Positions 13,501-26,557 of a stretch of 64,000 bases of DNA are shown here, in pieces (positions within the stretch are counted from its first letter, which is position 1; every line of letters begins with the position of its first letter). Origin of the DNA: Blastocystis sp. Blastoise (taxonomy: Eukaryota > Protista > Bigyra: Opalinata); the NCBI GenBank assembly GCA_039096225.1, contig JBBPEB010000018.1, positions 1-64,000 on the forward strand, written 5' to 3'. The position numbers and the translations under genes were made by a program. The notes below the pieces were generated by a model, which saw only the letters and a list, made by a program, of their open reading frames with translations, was not told the origin of the DNA and ran no database searches.

Positions 13501-15772
13501 ATGTAGTTGTGCACCATATATTTGGTTAAGCGATATTATTTATAATTAAAAAGATATTAATAAAAGAACAGAAAACATGATTTTTGAGTCGTTTCTGATT
13601 GGCTCTTTGGGATCATAAAGATAAAAATTGTTGACCAGACAATTGAAAAATAAACATGGGGTAAACTTGATTTTTTCTCAATCCCACAATATACGTTATC
13701 CGTGTTTATTCTTTATATTTATCTATTTTTTAATACTTTTTCATATTGAACACGTGAGGCCTTAACGGTCAAATTTAGATTCTTATTTTGACATGATATT
13801 CTGATTCAGGAGGTCAAAAAACCTAGGTGTGCCAATTTTGAGCTCCTGAGGACGATTTTTGAGTGATCGATATTTTCTTCGATCTTCTTATAATGGACTA
13901 ATATTGTATCATAGTAATCAATAGGTCCTCAAACTACTATAGTTAAAACAAAGTTTTAAAATAATGAGTTTGAGTGTCACAATTTTGAAAAATGTGAATT
14001 AAGTGGTCTTAGAGTGAGAGATTCAATATAATGACTTTTGTTTAGTAAACTAGAGATAATACTCTATTCTATGTTAAAAGGAGAGTCAAAATTATGAAGG
14101 TCAAAGTGTATCACCAAATGACAAAATGTGTCTTAAAAAGTAAAAGGGTTTCTATATGTGTTTAGAATCATATATTAAGTTTATTTTATGAATAAGAGCT
14201 TTAAATAAATAGTTTAAGGTTGTCAAATTCAAAAGAATGTGTAAAACATAGTCTTAAACTTTGAATAAAAAATTTATAGATATTAATTAGTGTACAGCTG
14301 TAGTAGCTCTACAACATATCAAAAGTTCAAAGAAAATAATTTTTAGAGAGTGGATGTGTGAAGGGTTGTGACTATTATTTAAAATTTATTTTTACTTCAG
14401 TTTATATAAAATCGTGAATTTCGTACACTGTAGAAAAATTGAGTCAAAAAATCAACTCTAAGGGTCTTAAATTTAAAAAAATGTAAAAATGAGTGACTTA
14501 GAGGACGAGATTCAATATTTGAGTGTTTATTCATTAAACTAGAGTGTATGACCTATATTATGTTAAAAGAAGGGACAAAAATATTTTGATCAGAGTGTAT
14601 GACCAAATGGTAAAGTGTCTTTAAAAAGTCTAAAGTGATGACTAATGTGCTTATAGGGTCATATAAAGTCTACTATGAAAATATTAGCTTTTAAAAATAT
14701 GTTTAAGCCTTTCAATTAGTAAAAATATGTTCAAAGAGACTCATAAAATGAGAGTTTTAAGAAACGAGATATTGTTCAGTATACACTAAGAGACACTCTA
14801 CAACATATCAAAAATATAGCAAAATCTATTTTTAGAGACTGCATGTGTAAAGGGTTGTGAGAGTTATTGAAAAAATATTTTTCACTCAGTTTGAGCAAAA
14901 TCGTGTTTTTGGAACACTGTAGAAAAATTAACTTCAAAAATCAACTCTAAGGGTCTTAATTTTTAAAAATGTGAAAATGTTTGACTTAGAGGACGAGATT
15001 CAAAATTCCATCTCACTTTCATATAACTAGAGCACACACTCTATATTATGTCAAAAGGAGGGACGAAAATATTTTGGTCGAAGTAAATGAGCAAATGCAA
15101 AAGGTTTATAAAATGTCTTAAAGTGATCACCAATGTGTAGCTAACACTATACTGAGTATAGTATGTAAATATTAGCTTATAAAAATGAATTTAAGTGTGT
15201 CAACTTTTCATAATGTGTCAAAAAAGGTCTTTAAGAAAGAGATTCAAAACATTTACTTTTATTTAATAAATTGTATGATAAACTCTATACTATATCAAAA
15301 GACTGACGGAAACTGTTTTGATACAGTGGATCTTGAATGGGTAAAGTCTCTTTAAAAGTTATATTTTTGAGTTATTTGTGTTTAAGATCATTATTAGAGA
15401 CGACTGTAGAAATATTAACTTTTTAAACCATGTTTTATTAGTCAAAGTTAGAATGAATGCTGACTTTGTTATGATTAAAGCTTTCTAATTCTTTTAAAAA
15501 GTATGAAAATGAGTTTAAATCATTATATTACGTTTATTTAAATAAATTTTATGAATTAAAAATACTTCAGAGTTCTTCACATTGTGACTCATTTCTAAAG
15601 TTATTGACTTTAAAAACTCACAAAATGTTTAAAACAGTTGTATAATTATTAATAAATACAAAATATATTTTAAAAATAATAAATAATATGTATAATGATT
15701 CAAAATAGTTTTTTTATTTTCTTTCAAGTATTGTTTTTAGTTTTTTTGATATCATTTAAAGAATTTATTTAA

Positions 15773-15842
15773 TTCTTATATCAGGAATTGAACCTGATTA
15801 CAATCAATAAATGATTGTAACTCTCCATATAGAGTATAAGAA
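15773..15842 (-). ncRNA. tRNA-like cloverleaf (version A2)
   Basis: TTCTTATA / CTCT-ATATGG-AGAG / TTACAATCA-TTTAT-TGATTGTAA / TCAGG-TTCAATT-CCTGA / TATAAGAA; all stems fully Watson-Crick. Confidence 0.65.
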
Positions 15843-15855
15843 GTGTTATTAAAGT

Positions 15856-16338
15856 AATATATAATATATAATATATAATATATAATATATAATATATAAT
15901 ATATAATATATAATATATAATATATAATATATAATATATAATATATAATATATAATATATAATATATAATATATAATATATAATATATAATATATAATAT
16001 ATAATATATAATATATAATATATAATATATAATATATAATATATAATATATAATATATAATATATAATATATAATATATAATATATAATATATAATATAT
16101 AATATATAATATATAATATATAATATATAATATATAATATATAATATATAATATATAATATATAATATATAATATATAATATATAATATATAATATATAA
16201 TATATAATATATAATAGATAATAATATATAATATATAATATATAATAGATAATAAATAATAAATAATAATATATAATAGATAATATATAATAGATAATAA
16301 ATAATAAATAATAATATATAATAGATAATATATAATAA
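15856..16338. repeat. (ATATA)n pentanucleotide microsatellite inside A2 (much shorter in the copy at 60454-60607)
   Basis: Direct reading. Confidence 0.95.
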
Positions 16339-17031
16339 TGAAAAAAAGAAAATAAAAGCCAAACTGTTATTATTTTATGCAGCCGCGGTCCGGTGCCGTT
16401 AGGCCCCGGACCTGCGGCGTGACCCTAGTTGGATAAAATAAAAATAATCCAATAATTTTGGTTAAAATTTTGTGCGAAAATGGTTTTTTGCGTTTTTTAG
16501 CCAGAAATTTAGAGTTTTCGAAAAATTTTTTTAACAGTCATTTTCAGAATTGTGTTCCGGATTTTATGATGTAATTTTTATTTTATAAAAGTTAATAACA
16601 AAGTCAATAATAGTGAAAGTGTGTGAGACACCGTACTTTTGCAGAACTAAATTAAGGATATTAATAAATATATCATACTATATCTATGACTTATATTATA
16701 TTAATAAAGGTTATACTTTATATTAATTAATATATCATACTATACTTATGTATCATATTATATTGATGAAGGTTATACTTTATATTAATTAATATATCAT
16801 ACTATACTTATGTATGTATTATTATATTAATAAATGTTATACTTTATATTAATATATATATTATCATACTATATCTATGTATTATATTATATTAATAAAG
16901 GTTATACTTTATATTAATTAATAAATACTTCAACAACTATAACAATGAAAGTTAATTTATATACTACACAACTAAACTTTATTCTAAACTTAAACATAAT
17001 ATATTTAATATCTAATAATTAATATATATAG

Positions 17032-20000
17032 GTTCCAATAAGGATAAAATAAATAATAATGATTTATCTAAATCATTTGGTTTTAACTCAAAACCTTTAG
17101 CTTTGTTTTCGACTTTTAATTTTCAAAATAATATTCCTTTACAAAACATTCAAAACAATAATTCAAATAACAATATTGATATTGATATCGATAATCGTTA
17201 TTCACAAATAAATAATAATAATTCTATATTAAATAATGGTTCAAACCTATTCAATCAAATGAATCCAGTTAATCAATCAATTAATAACATATCTATTGTT
17301 CAAAGTCAAATTAATAATAATAATCAATCTATTCCTATATCAACTACTATTATACAACCTACAGAAAAAAATACTTCTGTTTCTAATAATAATAATGATT
17401 CTATTAATACTTCTTCACACTCTTTACCTGTTGTTACTACTATTCCAACTGATGTAAATATATCTAACAATAATAATTCTACAATCATTAATGATAATAC
17501 AAATAATTCAAGAAATAACACTAATACTAATAATAATGAAACAATAATACATAGAAATAATAGATCTATTAATTCCATTATGAATAGTTATTTAACTATT
17601 CCTGATTTAAGTCCTATTCTTCCTCCTTTAAGTATTCTAACAAATATTCCTCATATTAATTTAAATAATGATAATGAATCAGAAATTATAACAACAATAC
17701 CTAATAGTAGTAGTAGTAGTAGTTCAAGTGATAGTAGTAGTAGTAGTAGTAGTAGTTTTTCTGATAATGATTCTGATTCTGATTATATTGATCCTTTTCC
17801 TAATATTAATAGTAATACTCAAAATAATGACGAAATACCAGTTGTAAGAACTATTAGAAGACCTATAACAGATAATAGTATGTTTTTTATTATTTAAATA
17901 TATTTATTTAATACTTTTTTATAGTTGAAGAAGATATAATTATTCATCCTATTATTAATAGAGGAAGAAGAAGAGCTTTAGATATTTGTATGCTATTTAT
18001 TTTTTATAATTCTTTATGAATAATTAAATAACAAATTATTTTTATAGATAATCAACAAAGATTATTATATCCTGGATTACATAATTGTATTGCTTCTATT
18101 CAAAGAAGTATTTATATATATTTAATATTTATTTTATATTATTTTATATAGATTCTCATGGTGATTTCGTATTAAATGAAGCATTGAATACTTATAAAGC
18201 TAATTATTTAGGTGATTTTAATGTTCATTGTGAATATTGTCATGCTAAACATTTTGAATTAGAGAAAGGAATGAATGATAAGTTTTATACTTGCTGTGGT
18301 AGTGGTAAAGTAGTTCTTCCTGAGCTTCCTGATCTTCCTAATACTATTCGTTCTTTATTACAAAGAGATAATCCAGATTCAAGAGAATTTATTAATAATA
18401 TTATTCGATATAATAATTCTGTTGCTTTAGCTTCTTTAGCTGGAAATAATACTTCTGATGATGATTTAAGAAATTCTTCTGGACCTTTACTATTTAAATG
18501 TGGAGGTAATATATATCATACTTTTAAGAGTGCTTTAGATTTTGATGTGAATGATCCTACAAGACATCCTGTATTCAATCAATATTATATGATAGATGGA
18601 GATGAAGCTACTCATATGAGAAGTATGAATCGATATTTTTGTGATTTAAAACCAAATATTTTAGAGATATTAGATAGTACAATAAGAGAATATCATCCAT
18701 TAGCTCAAATATATAATTCACTTCGAGAAAGAGTAGATGAAGTATTAGAAGAGAATAGTCAAATGAATAGAAATAATATTAATTTATTAATAGAGTTTAA
18801 GAAACAAAGAAGAGAAGTACCTGATATAAGAAGATATAATACTCCTCAAGTAGATGAAGTAGCAGTAATATATCAATATAGAGAAGGAGGAGTAATGCCA
18901 GAAAGAAGTTATTGTTGTTTTCCTAGAAGTGGTATGGAAATAGTAGCTACTAATAGTAATAATGAACAGAATCGTTATACTTCAGGTCAATATATAGTAA
19001 TGAAGAATACTAATTCTTATATAGATTGTATGGTTTATCCAGTTATGTTTCCAACTGGAAGACAAGGTTGGTATCCAGATTTATTATCATTGAATCGTTC
19101 TAATCAAATTACTATTACTATGTTAGAATATTATAATTATATGCTTCAAATGAAAGATCCACCTTATGATAATTATTTATTAAAATATAAGAAATTAACT
19201 TTACAATATATTACTGATAATTATATTCGAGTAGAACAAAATAGAATTAATTATATACGAAATAATCAAAATAAGTTAAGAGCTTCAACTTATCAGAATA
19301 TAAATAATATGTTAGAAGAGAGAGGAGATCAAATAAATGAGAATGATAGAAATATAGATAGAATAGGTAAAGCTATTATATTACCTTCTTCTTTTGTTGG
19401 TAGTCCAAGAAATTTGCAACAGAAATATATGGATGCTATGAGTGTAGTTCGAGAATATGGTAAACCTGATTTATTTATAACATTTACTTGCAATCCAGAT
19501 TGGTTAGAAATAAAGAATAATATTCCAGAAGGTTATACTGTTAATGAATTTCCAGATTTAGTTTCAAGAGTGTTTCATTTAAAGTTGAAACAATTACTTT
19601 CTGATATAAAGGATAAGAATATATTTGGTACTGTAGAAGCTTTATTATATTCAGTGGAATTCCAAAAGAGAGGTTTACCACATTCTCATATATTAATTAT
19701 TTTAGATACGAATTCTAAATATAGAACAGAAGATGAAGTAGATAGTATAATAAGTGCAGAGATTCCTGATAAAGAATCAACTCCTCTTCTTTATGAATTA
19801 GTTAAGAAACATATGATTCATGGTCCATGTGGTCCTGATTATGATACGAATTGTGTTTGTATTGATAGATCAACAGGTAAATGTAGTAAGAGATTTCCAA
19901 AAGAATATATAGAGCAAACTAATTGTCATTTAAATTCTTATCCTTTATATCAAAGAAGAAATATTCCTGATAGAACTATTACTCTTATTCGTAGTCATAA

Positions 20001-22764
20001 TACTTATACTATTGATAATCGTTGGGTAGTTCCTTATAATCCTTATTTATTATTGAAATATCAAGCTCATATTAATGTAGAAGTCTGTTGTAATATTCAA
20101 AGTACAAAATATATATATAAGTATGCATTAAAAGGAAATGATTCTGTGATAGCTCAATTAAGAAGAGTGAATGATAATGGAATAGTAGATGAAACTCAAG
20201 CTTATTTAGATTGTCGATATGTTTCTCCTCCTGAAGCTTCTTATCGTTTGAATTGTTTTGAAATTACTTATAATTCTGTTTCTATTAATAGATTACCTAT
20301 TCATTTACCTGATGATCCATATATATTATTTCGAGAAGGACATGAAGTAGAAGCATTAAGGAATAGTTTAGAGAAAGGTACTAAATTAACAAAATACTTT
20401 GATTTAGAGAAAGAAGTTCAGAATCAAAGAAAGATATATACTTATTATTATATAGAGAAGAAGCATGGTATTCGTAATATGAATAATGTAGAAGAAGAAA
20501 GAGAATTGATTCAAGTTCGTTTAGAAGAGATAAATAGAATAAATAGTTATGAAGTAGATGATGATAATATATCCGAAGAATTATTGAAAATATTAGATGA
20601 GAAATATCCTATTTATGCTTATCATGAAATACCAAAATATTATGTATGGAAATCGAATACAAATACTTGGAATAGACGTCAGAGAGATATAAAAGCTTTA
20701 GGAAGAATGTATTATGTGAATCCAAAAGATAAGGAACGATATGCTTTGAGATTATTATTATTGAATACGAAAGGAGCTGATAGCTTTGATTCTTTGAAGA
20801 TAGTAAAAGGATTGAATAGTAATGAACCTTATAGAACCTTTAGTGAAGCAGCTATAGCAAGAGGATTATTGAATAATGAGAGAGAAGTATTTGATTCATT
20901 TTCAGAAGCTATTGTTTTTGCTACTCCATGTCAATTGAGACAATTATTTATTACTTATATTTCAGAATCATTATTAACAAATGTGAAAGAGTTTTGGATT
21001 CGATTTAAATCATTTCTTAGTGAGGATTATAAACATTCAATGCATAATAATGAAATAGATTATATAAATACTCCTTTAGCTCAAGATTTAGATTCATCAA
21101 GTGTTATAGAAGATGATACTAATAGTGTTCTTCAAGATTATGAAATACGTACTTTACAAGATATAAAAGAGATGATGATAAGTATAGGAGTGAATTATAA
21201 TGATTTAGGATTACCTCAAGTAGAAGAACAACATCATTATAATGATTATAATTATAATCCTACATTAGAATTACAAGAAGCTAATAGAGTAATAGAATTA
21301 TTAAATGAAGAACAAAGAAATGCATTTGATAGAGTAATTCATTCAATAGAAAGTAGTAGAATAGAAGATAAGTTATGTTTCTTTATAGATGGTCCAGGTG
21401 GAAGTGGAAAGACTTTCTTATATAATAGTTTATTAAGTTATTTACGTGGACATAATAAGAATGTATTACCTGTAGCTTCAACAGGAATTGCTTCTACTTT
21501 ATTACCAGGTGGTAGAACAGCTCATAAACAATTTGGTATTCCTTTGAATGTTGATCCTGATTCTACTTCAAATATAGATTTAGCTAGAGATAGAAGAAAA
21601 GTAGAAGAAATAAGAATAGCTGATTTAATAATATGGGATGAAGCTCCTATGATGAAAGGTGATTGTTTTATGGTAGTACATAGATTATTATGTGATATAA
21701 TGAATACAGAATTAGATATTCCTTTTGGTGGTAAAACAGTAGTATTAGGAGGAGATTTCAGACAATGTTTACCAGTTATAAGAAAAGGAACTCAAGCTCA
21801 GATTGTTAGTTCTTCTATAAAGTTTTGTTCCTTATGGAATTCTATCAAAAATAATGTCATTCATTTATCAAGAAATATGAGAGCTTTAGAAGGAGCAGAT
21901 GATTTTAGACAATGGTTATTACAAGTAGGAGATGGTGTTCTTTCTAATAATTATACTATTAGTCATCATTTAGATATAGATTATATTCCTATTCCTCCTC
22001 AATGTATTGTGAATGATGATTTATGTGTTACTGTATTTGGACATCGAATCAATACTTCTCTTGATTCTGATATCAAACGATTAGCTTCTTCTGTTATATT
22101 AGCTTCTACTAATGATTGTGTTGGTACTTTAAATGATTTCATTGTTGATAATCTTCTTTCTGGAACTACTACTCCTTATATCTCTTCTGATTCTATTCTT
22201 GATTCTGAAACAGATGATCCAGAATCAAATTATCCTATCGAGTTTATCAATTCTCAAACACCTTCTGGAATGCCTCCTCATATATTAAATTTAAAAATAG
22301 GTTGTATCATTATGCTTTTAAGAAATCTTAATCCTTCTAAAGGATTATGTAATGGTACTAGACTTATAGTAACTCGATTAGGATCAAATAATATTACTGC
22401 TACTATTTTAAATCCTCCTCCTTCTCTTACTATTGATGAACAAACTGTTATTATTCCAAGAATCATCTGTAATTCAAATCCTGAAGATCTTCCTATTATT
22501 ATATCCAGAAGACAATTTCCTATTCGTTTAGCCTTTGCCATGACTATCAACAAATCTCAAGGACAAACATTTGAAAGAGTTGGTGTTTACTTAGATCGTC
22601 CTGTCTTCTCTCATGGTCAACTCTATGTTGCTTTCAGTCGTGCTCGATCTTTCAACGCTCTTTTTATTAAGGTAGTTGATAGTGTCTCTCAAGGTAAGAT
22701 GATTAGTAGTAGTAATGAAATATTTACTAAGAACGTGGTCTTCAGGTCTACTCTAAATAATTAA
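17032..22764 (+). CDS. Helitron RepHel transposase (HUH Y2 Rep + PIF1-like SF1 helicase) with spliced Asn/Ser-rich N-terminal exons; start codon not resolved
   Basis: Zn motif CEYCHAKHF..CCGSGKV; Rep motifs PDLFITFTCNP, VEFQKRGLPHSHIL, KYIYKYALKG; helicase motifs DGPGGSGKT, IIWDEAPM, GGDFRQCLP, FAMTINKSQGQT, HGQLYVAFSR. Main exon about 18152-22764 has no stops. Confidence 0.95.
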
Positions 22765-22950
22765 ATGCTTTATTTTTTCTTTTTTCTTCTTTTGTTATAT
22801 TTGTTTGTTTTTGTTTTATGTTTGTTTATTATTTTTTCTTTTTAATCTATTACTTCTTCACTTTTTATTTGTTTTTTAAATGTTTATAATAAACAAGGTT
22901 GTTTTGTTCAATAAAGTTAAAGAAATAATTTTAAAACCCAACTGCACAAC

Positions 22951-23000
22951 GCAGCCGCGGCGCGTCGCCGTTAGGCGGTGCGCCAGCGGCGTTACCCTAG
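22951..23000 (+). terminator. Helitron Hel1 3' terminal hairpin and CTAG end (rolling-circle termination signal)
   Basis: GCCGC-GGCGCGTCGCC-GTTA-GGCGGTGCGCC-A-GCGGC, then GTTACC-CTAG|T. Confidence 0.92.
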
Positions 23001-23059
23001 TCATACTGATCTCATTATTCCTACTATTTTACTTTCATTTTTTTTTTATTCTATATTAT

Positions 23060-23128
23060 CCTTAAGCTTATATTGGTAAGTATCTATCAGTTGATGATAG
23101 AAAACAGGTTCAATTCCTGTCTTAAGGT
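23060..23128 (+). ncRNA. tRNA-like cloverleaf (version C)
   Basis: CCTTAAG / CTTA-TATTGG-TAAG / TA-TCTATCA-GTTGA-TGATAGA-AA / ACAGG-TTCAATT-CCTGT / CTTAAGG-T. Confidence 0.62.
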
Positions 23129-24974
23129 CAATTACATAACTAATTCTTTATATATAGGTATCAATAATTATATTATATTAATTTTTTCAAAAATTATCTA
23201 TTCAAATAGATGAAGATAAATTAGATCAATTACTATTTTTTCTTTACATACGTATTTATTTCATTATTGAATGCATTGATAATATATAGATCAATCAAAA
23301 ATAGAAATCGAGATTATCTTTTTATCAAAAAGAGACACAACAACAGTCAATTACTTAATTAAGTTTATTATCAAACACAGAATCTTCTCAATAGATTATT
23401 CAGGTCGTTTTATAATGTGTATATGTGAAAAATTAGTTTAGTTCAAAATAATAATTCTCATTTTCAAAATTTGATTATCAAATTATTCTGCGTAATTTTT
23501 TTTTTATATAACAACTATACCCTTTTACACTAGAAAATAATCATTTAAATTCATTTTTAACTTGATAAATAATAAATTAAGAATTTATTCTTGTTAAAAA
23601 ACAAAATTCTTAGAAAATATTACTAGAATCATACAAATAATCAATGCAACTATTCAATCATACACCTTTAACGTGATTTAAGACAAGTCATAAAAATGGA
23701 GATTGTCAATATTTTATATTTTTTAACTAATTGATATCTTAATAACTTTTAAACTTTATTAAAACACTAAGTATGTAATATAATATGTTTTTGTCATTTT
23801 CGAAATTAGAATATGTATTTTAAATAATTTTAGTTTCACTAAAAATCACTTAAAATGAATACACAGAGTTTATAGACAATAAATAAATTATGAATAAAAC
23901 TATATATCGATATAAGACAGTTTTTAACAAAAAAGTGATTTTTGCATTTGTTTTATAATAAACTATCAACACGACTCCGACTATTCAACTAAAAATATAA
24001 AAAATATGATTTTTGTTTGTTTATACGTATATTTGATAATAGTAAGTCCTTGAATACTAGAAAGAGTTGTTCTTGAGTAATTATAAAATAATAATTTGAT
24101 TTGTTTTTGATATTATTTAAATGAAAAACATTATTTTTACTGGAAAACACTCACTCTATACGTTTTGAGTTTATGAAGAGGTTTTAAAAGACTTTTACTT
24201 GATTACAATTGTTGACTCAATTGACTTTAAATGTTTTTTGTTCCTTTTCAGTCATATTATGATATTAAAATAATTGAAAATCTACACAAATAGATTAAAA
24301 AGTTGATATTTCATAACAATTTTGACTCTAGACCTTTTTTATCATCTTTCTCTTTATTTAATCATTTTATTGAAAGTTAGTGACTCAAAATAATACTCTA
24401 AATGAAGATTCAGACAATCATTCTGGATTATATAAATGACTTTTATTCTGGAAATAGAAGTTTCAGAGTCTTCTCTATAAGTCTGTATTATAGCCTAGGT
24501 TTATTTAAAAAATAAGTTATACTTACAAAGTGATACTAAGAATAATTTTGATAATTAACTATAAAAATGACTCTTCTGTCGTCTAAACTAATTATAAAAT
24601 GATATAATGATAAATAACTATATAATTCTTTAAAATAAAACAATTTTTGTATTACTTATGATAATTATGATAAATTGAAAATAACAATAACAATATCCAT
24701 TTTCCTCATAGAAATAAAATTTCTCTTTCTCTTTTATTCTTAACCATTCATTTCATTTATGATGAAGATTCTCTATATTTAGTAGATATGAGATTATTCA
24801 TGTTTATTTTCATTATTTCAGCTATATCTTTTAAATTCCTATTACACCCTTTTACAACAAAACAAAAAAGCAATATGACTTATTACATATTTATTTTATT
24901 ATATCTTATATGATTAATATGATATATTATTAAATTTTATTTTTATTTTATTATATATGATACTATTATGATGG

Positions 24975-25640
24975 TAGGTGTTTGCTGTTTCTTTATATTT
25001 TATTTTTTCTACTCTATTCATTCATTTTCTATACTAGCTGTCTCTGCTTGGTGTTTTGACACTTGCTGGTCTCCTTAAACGTTCTGGTCCTTCTTTTGTG
25101 TGGTCGTGGCTCTCTTATAGATGGGTTCTTTAGGTCTAGAATGGAAGGAATCAATGTTAAAAGAAGGTATATATCATCTATATTATCTATTACATATTAT
25201 ATAACTAACCCCACTTTATATTTATATAGCAGTAATGTATATATTTATATTTTATTATTCTATATTAATTTACTTTATTATATATTATTATATTATATAA
25301 CTTACTCTATCTTTATATAGGTTTCCGGGGGTTCCGTTGCTGTCGTTGTTGTTAATTGGAGAGAATGGCTTATCAAAGGTATGTATATATATTAATTATA
25401 TTCCTTTTTATTACTTATACTATTTAATATATCTTTTATAGGATGGTTCCTTGCCTTTGGTCCTTGCTTTTTCTAGTAATGGCTTCAATAAAAGGTATAT
25501 ATTTTTATTTTATTATTATTTTAAAATGTTATATATATTACTAATAGTACTAGTTAATTAATATCATCTCTTTATATAGGTTGGCTTGGTTTGGGTTTCC
25601 AATTAAAGACTGAAACTGTCCTGCTGCTTAAATATTATTA
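24975..25640 (+). other. Putative spliced mini-exon transcript without a convincing ORF
   Basis: G/T-rich blocks bounded by TAG| and AAG|GTAT at about 25038-25166, 25321-25378, 25442-25494 and from 25580. Confidence 0.35.
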
Positions 25641-25959
25641 AATATTATATATACTAAATTATATTGTTAATTATATGTTTTATTATCTTTTTTTAAATAT
25701 TTATTATATTGTTTTTTATATATTTATTATTCTTGTTTTTATTATATGTTTTTAATTATAATTTGATGTTATTTAATTTGCTTGTTTTGTTGTATCGTTG
25801 ATTATTACACCACAAAAATAATATAAAGACCAATAAATATAGAATAAAGGATGAAAATAAGCATTTCTATTGGCCAATTATCTATTTTAAGGTGTGTCAT
25901 ACTTATTCACTGCTCTGTTGATAAAAAAAACCACTGAAACTCTGACCAAAAATGACACT

Positions 25960-26227
25960 GCTCCACCACTGGGGAAACCAAACTGAAATTTACAATTATC
26001 TTTTTACTAAAGCATATTTAAAAATTCCCACTGAAATGTCAAAATATGTTTCTACTGCTTGATCACTGGGGAAACCAAACTAAAATTTTCAATTATCTTT
26101 TTACTAAAGCATATTTAAAAATTCCCACTGAAATGTCTTTAAACCTTTTTACTGCTCGATCACTGGGGAAACCACACTGAAATTTGCGATTATCTTTTTA
26201 CTAAACCCCAAAAAACTGTCCGTAGTG
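25960..26227. repeat. Three tandem units of about 97 bp (CACTGGGGAAACC..) ending in GTCCGTAGTG; possible CACTA right end with subterminal repeats
   Basis: CACTGGGGAAACCA near 25967, 26064 and 26161; TAGTG at 26223-26227 is the reverse complement of CACTA. Confidence 0.5.
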
Positions 26228-26557
26228 AACATTTTTGGTAGATTAGGGGAAATTTAGTGTTTGTGTCTATTTCGATAATCATGATAATGATACATTCCTC
26301 TTTTCATGTTTATTTGGATGAGTATAGTAAGAAAATCATTTTTTCATAAAAACGAAAGATAAACACGACACTATTAGATGTTAGCATACATAAAAAGAAA
26401 AAAGACCTTAAATATAAATCTCAGATGGCCTATATAGAAAGGACAACCTGATTCATTTAAGGGCGCATATATTTTTAAACAGACATGATTTATGATTTTC
26501 ATTTTACAAAGATTTTTTTTTATATTATTTATTGAACTATATTGTTTATAGATATAA

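Larger units (their letters stand above)
13342..16428 (+). mobile_element. Complete non-autonomous Helitron, family A (subtype A2), nested in B
   Basis: A|TC...hairpin...CTAG|T with no TSD. The empty site (..AATA|TTGGATAAAAT) is visible in the uninterrupted B copy near 46199. Confidence 0.92.
10555..16664 (-). mobile_element. Non-autonomous Helitron-like family B, copy 1 (more diverged; contains a nested A element)
   Basis: Colinear with 36757-39733 and 43455-46435; hairpin plus CTTG|T at the 3' end; removing it restores the minisatellite unit. Confidence 0.85.
4813..23000 (+). mobile_element. Autonomous Helitron Hel1 (about 12.1 kb after removing the nested 10555-16664 insertion)
   Basis: 5' A|TC at 4813; RepHel ORF; GC-rich 3' hairpin at 22954-22990 followed by CTAG|T at 22997-23000. 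The complete non-autonomous copies (13342-16428, 57939-60697) pair this same 5' end with a related 3' end. The 3' end is secure; linking it to the 4813 5' end is inferred. Confidence 0.75.

Noticed and set aside
10549-16664. 6-bp TATTAA target-site duplication around B copy 1
   Set aside because: TATTAA occurs at one end of all three copies but at the other end of only this one, so it belongs to the element.
23060-23128. Canonical tRNA-Gln(TTG) gene
   Set aside because: No position 8-9 linker, no U33, an extended middle stem, and the loop is not conserved in the other versions; treated as a tRNA mimic.
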